45,649 nt of DNA. It comes from Candidatus Kuenenbacteria bacterium RIFCSPHIGHO2_02_FULL_39_13 (GTDB lineage Bacteria; Patescibacteriota; Patescibacteriia; UBA2196; GWA2-42-15). Location: assembly GCA_001783595.1 (NCBI GenBank), contig MFMW01000016.1, positions 386-46,034 on the forward strand, in the 5' to 3' direction. Positions within the stretch are counted from its first letter, which is position 1. Every line of letters starts with the position of its first letter. Below, piece after piece: positions 38,264-45,094 of the stretch. The notes below the pieces were generated by a model, which had not been told where the DNA came from, ran no database searches, and was given only the letters and a program-made list of their open reading frames with translations. Both the position numbers and the translations under genes were made by a program.

Positions 38264-39127
38264 ATGAGCACAAGCCAAAAAACAAGCGGTCTCTGGACAA
38301 TGACAAAGGGTGAGTTTGAGGAAAGCGTCTCCGCGTTGGAGAAAGCAGTTGTGAAGCAGGGAGGTAATCCCCGCGATCTCTTCGATCTCTTCCGCACTGA
38401 CGGTGAGTACGCCTGCCGCATCGCGCAAGCGATGATGCGCAAAGGTCTCGTTGGTTCCATCGAGTCGCGCCTAGCTCGGTTGGTTCTCGGTCGGAACATC
38501 TTCGACGATGCCGACTGGATGAGCTACTACGACGCCAAGTTCACCAAGAAGCAGTTCCGTGAAGCCGGGAAGTTTCCGTGGGGCGAAGACATCCTCAACA
38601 GTTCCTGCCCATTCAACTCGGGCAAGCTGGTGAAGGACACACACTTCGCATTTCTGGGTCTGACCGCCATCAACGGATCGCCGCTCACGGTGGCAAAGTG
38701 GCTCGAACTGCATCCGGCAACGGGCCAGCCGAAGTTATTCTGGAACACCGATCCGTGGCACACAGGCCAGCCCCACACCGATGTGGCGACCATGCAACTG
38801 CGCTGGTACTTGATGCTGAAGGGCGGCATCATTCCCGATTCCACGAGCAAGACGCCCGAGGAGCAGGTGGCAATGCTTCCGCCCGAGTACGAGGTGCCCA
38901 GCACCATCGCCGAAGTGACGAAGGACATTCTCGTCTTCCGTAAGACGGATGTTCGTCCGAATCCTTCTCACTGGGCGGCATGCACGGAACGCACAGTGAA
39001 GACCGACAAGGTCTCTGCTGGCTATGTCTCATGTGTCGGCCACTTCGACGAGGACGGCCTCAACGTCGGCTACTGGTACGGCGATCGCCACGACCGCGTT
39101 GGCCTCGGTGCGTCCCGGAAGTTCTGA
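38264..39127 (+). CDS. DGR variable (target) protein with C-terminal VR, probable C-type-lectin-fold ligand-binding domain
   Basis: ATG at 38264 preceded by AAGGAGG with a 6-nt spacer, preferred over the GTG at 38234. 287 aa. The last 36 codons overlap the VR. No N-terminal signal peptide or TM helix visible. About 60% GC in hand-counted lines. Confidence 0.88.
   Translation: MSTSQKTSGLWTMTKGEFEESVSALEKAVVKQGGNPRDLFDLFRTDGEYACRIAQAMMRKGLVGSIESRLARLVLGRNIFDDADWMSYYDAKFTKKQFREAGKFPWGEDILNSSCPFNSGKLVKDTHFAFLGLTAINGSPLTVAKWLELHPATGQPKLFWNTDPWHTGQPHTDVATMQLRWYLMLKGGIIPDSTSKTPEEQVAMLPPEYEVPSTIAEVTKDILVFRKTDVRPNPSHWAACTERTVKTDKVSAGYVSCVGHFDEDGLNVGYWYGDRHDRVGLGASRKF
39015..39120 (+). repeat. DGR variable region (VR)
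   Basis: 106 nt aligning without gaps to 39516..39621. The 11 mismatches are at 39023, 39041, 39053, 39068, 39069, 39071, 39077, 39083, 39089, 39095 and 39096, all opposite TR adenines. Confidence 0.92.
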
Positions 39128-39165
39128 ACCTTGAATACTTGAGGGTTTGGCCCTCTCGTAACCTT

Positions 39166-39206
39166 GAGCCTTCGGCGCGAAATTTTTTTCGTAGCGCCGG
39201 AGGCTC
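39166..39206 (+). terminator. GC-rich hairpin downstream of VR (target-gene terminator and/or DGR homing hairpin)
   Basis: GAGCCT-t-CGGCGC ... GCGCCG-g-AGGCTC followed by attttctttt. It starts 46 nt after the VR end. Confidence 0.6.
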
Positions 39207-39515
39207 ATTTTCTTTTATACTAACTTCTGATACAATAACTTCGTCTGCTAATGCAGGTGTGGTCACGGCTTCACCTCGCGGACGCCTCTTCTTTTAAGAG
39301 GTCACCGGAGTATCGTTGTCCAAGGATAACGATAGCGTGTGATAAAGAGTAGAGATGGAACTTCTTGCTTGTTTCTGGTGGAGGTTCTGCCTTTCAAAGG
39401 GCAGATGCTCCCGAATTAAATTCAAGGAAGAGAGTGTATGGGCTCGCAAGAGCAGTAATACTCAATTCTCGGTGATATGGATGGGAACAAGCAACATATG
39501 TTCGCACCGGCTCAT

Positions 39516-39621
39516 CTGCTGGCAATGTCTCATGTGTCGGCAACTTCGACGAGAACGGCCTCAACGTCAACAACTGGAACGGCAATCGCAACGACAACGT
39601 TGGCCTCGGTGCGTCCCGGAA
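39516..39621 (+). ncRNA. DGR template repeat (TR)
   Basis: In the VR reading frame it reads AGNVSCVGNFDENGLNVNNWNGNRNDNVGLGASRN. It contains 10 AAY codons, 9 of which are changed in VR. The region is non-coding, so the 117-aa ORF across it is rejected. Confidence 0.92.
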
Positions 39622-39644
39622 CTCCCATCTTTCTTCTATAAGAA

Positions 39645-39674
39645 TGCTCTCCTTTTGTGGAGGGCATTTCTTTT
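39645..39674 (+). terminator. intrinsic terminator immediately after TR
   Basis: 8-bp stem TGCTCTCC/GGAGGGCA (one G-U pair), loop ttttgt, then tttctttt. It abuts the avd stop codon on the opposite strand. Confidence 0.55.
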
Positions 39675-40023
39675 AGCGGTCTCGGGTAGACTTTATCCAG
39701 CCCCCTAACATCCTACCTATTTCATCTACATTTTGTTCCAAGCGGATGTATTTCTTACTGTCCAATACCTTGGTGTCTTTACAAAGCCGAAGAAAGACGC
39801 GCAGTAAGTTAAGTTTCGTGCTTGCTTTTTGGAGTATGGGTAATTTCTCTATTTTGGATAGCTGGCTTGCGCCGAGAATATATTCCAGAATTTCAAGGAT
39901 AAGATCTTCACACCGCTGCCAGATAGTATAACGGTCTTGTTTGGATACGGTATTGCGAAAACCATAGAATTCTTTGTAGAGTTCATAGGTCTTTTTAAAA
40001 ATTGGTATATCAAATTCGTCCAT
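39673..40023 (-). CDS. avd: DGR accessory variability determinant (Avd-like four-helix-bundle protein)
   Basis: 116 aa, basic and predicted all-helical. IPIFKKTYELYKEFY .. KQDRYTIWQRCEDL .. LLRVFLRLCKD .. IGRMLGGW resembles the Avd / 23S-rRNA-intervening-sequence protein family. Positioned between TR and RT. Confidence 0.8.
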   Translation of the reverse strand: MDEFDIPIFKKTYELYKEFYGFRNTVSKQDRYTIWQRCEDLILEILEYILGASQLSKIEKLPILQKASTKLNLLRVFLRLCKDTKVLDSKKYIRLEQNVDEIGRMLGGWIKSTRDR

Positions 40024-40034
40024 AGATAGATAGT

Positions 40035-41084
40035 ATGAAAATTTACAAAAATGTTTTTGAAAAAATAATCTCTTTAGAAAATCTCTTTTTGGCGTGGGAT
40101 AAATTCAAAAGCGACAAACAGAAAAGACAGGACGTGCGAAAATTTGAATGGCAACTTGAAGAAAACATTTTTAAGCTCCATAGGGATTTGAAATATAAAA
40201 GATACAAACACGGGGAATACGTCTCTTTTTACATTCAAGACCCAAAACAAAGACATATTCATAAGGCCACTGTCCGAGACCGCATACTTCACCATGCCGT
40301 CTTCGCCGCGCTTAGCCCAATCTTTGAGCCAACTTTTATCCCGAATTCTTTTTCTTGCCGTATCGGCAAAGGAACGCATAGGGGCATAGATATTCTGGAA
40401 AAAATACTAAAACAAGTAAGTGGCAATGCCTTTAAGCGGTGTTTTGTTCTTAAATGCGACATTAAAAAATTCTTTGAAACAATTGATCATAGAATTTTAT
40501 TAGACATCGTCCGTAAACGAGTAAAAGACGATGATGCCCTGCGGCTTTTGGAAGAAATTATTGAAAGTTTTTCTTCTAAATACTCCACGCTTTTTCAAAG
40601 AAAAGGCTTGCCCATAGGCAATTTAACCTCTCAACTGTTTGCTAATATCTACCTTAATGAATTTGACCAATTTGTCAAACACCACCTAAAAATAAAAAAC
40701 TACATTCGCTATACTGACGATTTTGTCATTATAGCTGGGGAAAGACTTTATTTAAAAAACATCATCGCCCCCATTCATTTCTTTTTTAAAAAGAAACTCG
40801 CTCTTGAGCTACACCCTAAAAAAATTACCATTCGTAAATTTCATCAAGGAATAGATTTCCTCGGCTACATTCTTCTGCCACATTATCGTTTACTGCGCGC
40901 CAAAACCAAGCAACGGATTTTCAGAAAATTAGAAAAAAGGGTAAGGGAATACAAGAATGAAACAATTAACAAACAAACTCTTGAGCAATCGCTCCAGTCC
41001 TATCTCGGCGTTCTTTCCCACGCCAATACATATAAACTTGGACAAAAAATGAAAAATCAATTCTGGTTTTGGCTAAGTGAATAG
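40035..41084 (+). CDS. DGR reverse transcriptase
   Basis: 349 aa. RT motifs CDIKKFFETIDH (A), GLPIGNLTSQLFANIYLNEFD (B, DGR-specific IGNxxSQ), YTDDFVII (C), GIDFLGY. No endonuclease or maturase domains. Confidence 0.93.
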   Translation: MKIYKNVFEKIISLENLFLAWDKFKSDKQKRQDVRKFEWQLEENIFKLHRDLKYKRYKHGEYVSFYIQDPKQRHIHKATVRDRILHHAVFAALSPIFEPTFIPNSFSCRIGKGTHRGIDILEKILKQVSGNAFKRCFVLKCDIKKFFETIDHRILLDIVRKRVKDDDALRLLEEIIESFSSKYSTLFQRKGLPIGNLTSQLFANIYLNEFDQFVKHHLKIKNYIRYTDDFVIIAGERLYLKNIIAPIHFFFKKKLALELHPKKITIRKFHQGIDFLGYILLPHYRLLRAKTKQRIFRKLEKRVREYKNETINKQTLEQSLQSYLGVLSHANTYKLGQKMKNQFWFWLSE

Positions 41085-41122
41085 CCTGAGCATTCCAAAA
41101 CCAAATATTAGGGCAAAAAAAT

Positions 41123-41139
41123 AGCGCCACTATGGCGCT
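41123..41139. terminator. bidirectional hairpin between RT and infB
   Basis: AGCGCCA-cta-TGGCGCT flanked by an A run and gtttt. Confidence 0.6.
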
Positions 41140-41172
41140 GTTTTAAACTAAATCCCTGATTGGCTAATCATT

Positions 41173-43176
41173 TTATTTTTCTTCTATTTTTATCACCTCT
41201 ATGTCGTCTCCTCCTTTTATTTCTACTATGCCTTTAATTTTTACGCCGCATTCCTGCCCAACAACAGCTTCTTTGACCACTTCTTTGCCAGCTTCTAAAC
41301 TAACCACTTGCGCCTGTTCAATTAACTCGTTGCCGCGATAAATTTTAGCCATCAAATCTGACATAATCTTGCCGCTCTCAACCCGGCCGCCGACAATCTG
41401 CCAATTTTTGCCAGTGCTAAATATTTTTAACACTTTTAATTTGCCCAATGTCTTTTCAACCATTTCTACTCCAGCCACCTGCTTAATTTCCTCTTCAACA
41501 AATAAAAGCAGGTCATAAATCACGTTAAAAAGCTGGATTTCAATATTTTTTTCAAGCGCCTGCCTTTTAGCTTCAGCGGTTATTTTTACGTTAAACCCCA
41601 ACAAATATGCCTTTGAAATCACTGCTTGTTCCACATCCTTTTCTATAATATTGCCCAGACCTTGTTTAATAATCACCACTTCAACTCTAGTCTGATTAAT
41701 TTTTTCCAAACTCTCAATAATCGCCTCAATTGAACCAAAAACATCGGCTTTTAAAATCAAGTTTACCTGTGGTCTCTCTTTTTTTTCTTCATCACCCTCA
41801 CTCTCTTCAGTTTTGATTGCCTGATGTTGTTCAACCAACCGGCTCAATTCCTTTCTATTTTTAAAAAGCTTCCTTATTTTTTTCCTGTCAGCCAATACTT
41901 GCAAAATTTCTCCCACCAACGGCACATTTTTTAATCCTAGAATTTTAACGGGCATTGAAGGCATTGCCTTATCCACCGCTTCTCCCTTCCAATTTTTCAT
42001 CGCCCGAATTTTGTTTGCTTGCCCGCCAATTTTTACTATCTCGCCTTTTTTCAATATGCCGTTATGGATTAAAACCGTGGCCACCGGCCCTTCGCCTTTA
42101 TCAATATGCGATTCAATGATCGTGCCGACTGCCAGACTTTTTTCATCAGCCACAATCTTATCGCTCTCCATATCAGCCACTAAAAATAATGTTTCCAGCA
42201 GCTCGTCAATATGCAAATTTTGTTTGGCTGAAATTGCCACGCAAATGGTTTTGCCGCCCCAATCTTCAGCAGCCAAACCGATATTCGCCAGATCTGATTT
42301 TACTTTATCAATATTAACGCCGGGCTTATCAATCTTGTTAATCGCCACAATAAAAGGCAGGCCAGCCTGTCTGATGTGCGCCACTGCTTCTATTGTCTGG
42401 GGCTGTACGCCATCATCAGCCGCCACGATTAATATGGCAATATCAGCTACTTGCGCTCCGCGTGATCTCATGGCGGAAAATGCCTCGTGCCCTGGCGTGT
42501 CAATAAAGGTCAGCAGCCGGCCGCCTTTTTCCACTTGGTAAGCTCCAATATGCTGGGTAATACCGCCTGCTTCTCCTTCCATAATATTTGTCTGTCTGAT
42601 GGCATCTAAAAGTTTTGTTTTGCCGTGGTCAACGTGCCCCATAACCACCACCACCGGCGGCCGCGGCACAGCGTTTTTCTTGTCAACCTGAAGCAGTTTG
42701 CCATAATCAATATTATGCGCTGCCCCTGCCCTTTCTTCAGATTTTTCTACTTTAAATCCCAAATCTTCGGCAATAATGCTGGCTGTCTCAAAATCAATGT
42801 CCTGATTGAGCGAGGCCATAACGCCATTTTTTATCAGCTCCAAGATTAAATTCGTCACTGGCATGCCCATTCTTTTTGAGAGTTCATTGACCACAATCCG
42901 CTCTGAAATTTGAATCACTTTGTTTCCCTCTTTTTTACTTTCAGCCTGCTTTGCCTCCCCAACAGATTTTTTCGGCTTTTCTACCACATCATCTGTCAGA
43001 TATTTCTGTCTAATCTTCGGGTCAGATAATTTCTCCAGTATTGCCTGGGCCATTGTGGGGTCAACTTTGATCGCCCGCAGGCCAATATCAAAACCAAGCT
43101 TAGGCATTATATCCCTAAGCTTTGCCGGCGTGATGCGCAGTTTTCTAGCAAGCTCCGTGACATTCATATTATTCAA
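41173..43176 (-). CDS. infB: translation initiation factor IF-2
   Basis: 667 aa. G domain VVVMGHVDHGKTKLLD, DTPGHEAF, NKID. C-terminal IF-2 domains. Confidence 0.97.
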   Translation of the reverse strand: MNNMNVTELARKLRITPAKLRDIMPKLGFDIGLRAIKVDPTMAQAILEKLSDPKIRQKYLTDDVVEKPKKSVGEAKQAESKKEGNKVIQISERIVVNELSKRMGMPVTNLILELIKNGVMASLNQDIDFETASIIAEDLGFKVEKSEERAGAAHNIDYGKLLQVDKKNAVPRPPVVVVMGHVDHGKTKLLDAIRQTNIMEGEAGGITQHIGAYQVEKGGRLLTFIDTPGHEAFSAMRSRGAQVADIAILIVAADDGVQPQTIEAVAHIRQAGLPFIVAINKIDKPGVNIDKVKSDLANIGLAAEDWGGKTICVAISAKQNLHIDELLETLFLVADMESDKIVADEKSLAVGTIIESHIDKGEGPVATVLIHNGILKKGEIVKIGGQANKIRAMKNWKGEAVDKAMPSMPVKILGLKNVPLVGEILQVLADRKKIRKLFKNRKELSRLVEQHQAIKTEESEGDEEKKERPQVNLILKADVFGSIEAIIESLEKINQTRVEVVIIKQGLGNIIEKDVEQAVISKAYLLGFNVKITAEAKRQALEKNIEIQLFNVIYDLLLFVEEEIKQVAGVEMVEKTLGKLKVLKIFSTGKNWQIVGGRVESGKIMSDLMAKIYRGNELIEQAQVVSLEAGKEVVKEAVVGQECGVKIKGIVEIKGGDDIEVIKIEEK

Positions 43177-43210
43177 TCTTACGGTAAAATAAGCAAAAAG
43201 TCAAATTCCC

Positions 43211-43239
43211 TTGACATAAATTTTACTCTCATATATATT
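43211..43239 (+). promoter_or_regulatory. putative sigma70 promoter for the DHH-like gene
   Basis: TTGACA, 17-nt spacer, TATATT, ending 29 nt upstream of the ATG at 43269. Confidence 0.5.
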
Positions 43240-43268
43240 AACTTAATATTAATTTTTAGAAATTTAAA

Positions 43269-44396
43269 ATGGCTCTTAACGTACACCAACAAATCATTGA
43301 ACTAATCAATAAATCCCATCACATCCTGCTGACCACCTCTAGCGCTAATAGCGGTGATGGGCTGGCTTCCGCCTTGGCTTTAAAGCTGTTTTTAGAATGC
43401 TTAAACAAGCCGGCTGATATCATTGTCAGTGAACTGCAAAAAGAAAAACTGTCTTTTTTGCCCAGCGGCGATAAAATTAAAACCAATCTTGGCTCTCTTA
43501 AAAAACTAATCATCAATCTTGACATTTCCAAAAACAAAGTCAGTGAATTCAATTATGACATCAGTGATAATAAACTAAAAATTTTTGTCACTCCGGAAAA
43601 CGGCGCATTTAATGAAAATGACATTAAGCTGGAATCGTCTGATTTTAAATACGATCTAATTTTTATCATTGGCTCGCCTGACCTTGAATCCCTGGGCAAT
43701 CTTTATCATAACTACACCGACTTTTTCTACGGCACCACCATCATCAATATTGACACTGACGCGGCTAATGAATATTTTGGCCAAGTCAATAAAGTTGAAC
43801 TTAATTATTCAAGCTGCGCTGAAATCCTTTTTGATTTTTTTGAAAATATCAAGCCTGATTTTATTACAGAAAATATTGCCACCAACCTGCTTGCCGGCAT
43901 TATTATTAAAACAAACGGCTTCCGCGCCGCTGGCATCTCACCCAAAGCGCTGGTGACTGCCTCGCATTTGCTCAAGCTCGGCGCGGACAGAGAACTGATC
44001 ATTAATAATTTAAATAAAACCCTGGCCACGCTAAATCTTTGGGGCAGGGTGCTTGCTCGGCTTAAAACTGACACTCATTACAAACTTGCCTGGTCGCTGG
44101 TGTCCCAAACTGACTTTCAAAAATCAGGCAGCGGCCCTGAAAACCTTGAGGGGGTAGTGGCTGAATTAATCGCCAACTCTCCTCAAATTGAAACGACTCT
44201 TATCCTTTATGAATCAAAAGCAGGCAACATTAAAGGCATCATCTATACTTCTCAAAATTACAATGCCCTTGAACTCGCCCGTCTATTTAACCCGGAAGGG
44301 CATAAAAACCGCGCCCAATTTTCCCTGGCAACCACTCGCCTGATGGCAGCGGAAGAATTGGTGATTAATAAAATAAGGGAAAGAATAAAGATTTAG
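43269..44396 (+). CDS. DHH-family-like protein with degenerate catalytic motifs
   Basis: 375 aa, colinear with NrnA-type proteins. The DHH motif position reads NIDTDAANE, the DGD motif reads SGDGLAS, and GGGH is replaced by PEGHKNRAQF. Confidence 0.7.
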   Translation: MALNVHQQIIELINKSHHILLTTSSANSGDGLASALALKLFLECLNKPADIIVSELQKEKLSFLPSGDKIKTNLGSLKKLIINLDISKNKVSEFNYDISDNKLKIFVTPENGAFNENDIKLESSDFKYDLIFIIGSPDLESLGNLYHNYTDFFYGTTIINIDTDAANEYFGQVNKVELNYSSCAEILFDFFENIKPDFITENIATNLLAGIIIKTNGFRAAGISPKALVTASHLLKLGADRELIINNLNKTLATLNLWGRVLARLKTDTHYKLAWSLVSQTDFQKSGSGPENLEGVVAELIANSPQIETTLILYESKAGNIKGIIYTSQNYNALELARLFNPEGHKNRAQFSLATTRLMAAEELVINKIRERIKI

Positions 44397-44446
44397 CAAA
44401 CCGTTGAAAAAATAGGTGCTTTGGTTTATAATAAGAAATATATAAT

Positions 44447-44522
44447 GCGCCTATAGCTCAGGGGTTAGAGCATCCGCCTTATAAGCGAAAGGTCGCTGGT
44501 TCGATCCCAGCTAGGCGCACCA
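44447..44522 (+). tRNA. tRNA-Ile (anticodon TAT), CCA encoded
   Basis: Acceptor GCGCCTA/TAGGCGC, D arm GCTC/GAGC, anticodon stem TCCGC/GCGAA (one C-A mismatch) with loop CTTATAA, T arm GCTGG/CCAGC, ACCA. Confidence 0.8.
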
Positions 44523-44523
44523 A

Positions 44524-44600
44524 GGGCAATTAGCTCAGGTGATTAGAGCGCGTCGTTGACATCGACGAGGTCGCTGGTTTGAGTCCAGCATTGCCCACCA
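44524..44600 (+). tRNA. tRNA-Val (anticodon GAC), CCA encoded
   Basis: Acceptor GGGCAAT/ATTGCCC, anticodon stem CGTCG/CGACG with loop TTGACAT, T arm GCTGG/CCAGC, ACCA. Separated by 1 nt from tRNA-Ile. Confidence 0.9.
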
Positions 44601-44681
44601 AAGACAGAAGTAAAAAATAGAACCAATGACAAAATTAATAATGAAAAATATATATATATTAAAATTTCGTTTTATTAGCTG

Positions 44682-45074
44682 TTAAGGACGGTGTTCGGCC
44701 GCCTTGCTACCTTCAAGATAATCTTTCACTTTTTCAATTACTTCTTGAATCGAGTGTTGGGATTTTACAAGATAGTCATCAGCGCCCATATCTAAAGCCC
44801 GTTTAATTACCTTATCTTCCCCAAGGTTTGATAAAACAATCACTGGAATCAATCGCCATTCGGGATTCTTTTTTATCTTCTCCAGCACATAAAAGCCATC
44901 TTTTTGGGGCATCAAAATGTCAAGCAAAACAAGGCTTGGCTTCTTTTCCCCTATTTTTTTAAGCGCCTCCTCGCCATTTCTGGCAATATCAACCGTATAG
45001 CCCGCGGCGACTAAATTATCTTTAAGCGCCATAATTAAAAAATCTTCGTCTTCAACAATTAATATATTATCCAT
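44682..45074 (-). CDS. single-domain response regulator (CheY-like receiver)
   Basis: 130 aa. ILIVEDED, LVLLDILMP (phospho-acceptor Asp context) and a conserved Lys near DDYLVKS. Confidence 0.88.
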   Translation of the reverse strand: MDNILIVEDEDFLIMALKDNLVAAGYTVDIARNGEEALKKIGEKKPSLVLLDILMPQKDGFYVLEKIKKNPEWRLIPVIVLSNLGEDKVIKRALDMGADDYLVKSQHSIQEVIEKVKDYLEGSKAAEHRP

Positions 45075-45094
45075 ATTCTAGTTCATTAGGTTTC

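Larger units (their letters stand above)
38047..41084 (+). mobile_element. diversity-generating retroelement (promoter, target gene with VR, TR, avd, RT)
   Basis: VR/TR repeat with adenine-only mismatches, an Avd-like gene and an RT carrying the DGR-specific IGNLTSQ motif, all within 3 kb. Confidence 0.92.

Noticed and set aside
38107-39297. Cluster of overlapping 60-130 aa ORFs on both strands (for example 38107..38499 -, 38527..38928 -, 38578..38943 +, 38735..38971 -, 38829..39032 -, 38980..39297 +, 39060..39266 -).
   Set aside because: They all overlap the DGR target CDS or its 3' flank in a locally GC-rich (stop-codon-poor) region. They have Arg/Pro/Gly-rich nonsense-like translations and lack ribosome-binding sites. 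Only the 38264..39127 frame has a strong RBS and ends in the VR.
38977-39515. Extension of VR/TR homology further upstream (atg..ggaac..gca.ca similarity around 38980 versus 39481).
   Set aside because: It needs gaps and includes mismatches at non-adenine positions. At most it is decayed ancestral duplication. The confident repeat boundary is 39015/39516.
39355-39708. 117-aa plus-strand ORF (and 39394..39597 on the minus strand) spanning the template repeat.
   Set aside because: It reads through TR in a different frame from the VR frame (..CWQCLMCRQLRRERPQRQQLERQSQRQRWPRCVPE..). TR is expected to be non-coding RNA, and there is no RBS.
40035-41084. The RT as a group II intron maturase or retron RT.
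   Set aside because: No maturase X or endonuclease domains and no recognisable intron RNA domains or msr/msd-like repeats. The IGNLTSQ motif plus the adjacent VR/TR pair and Avd fit a DGR instead.
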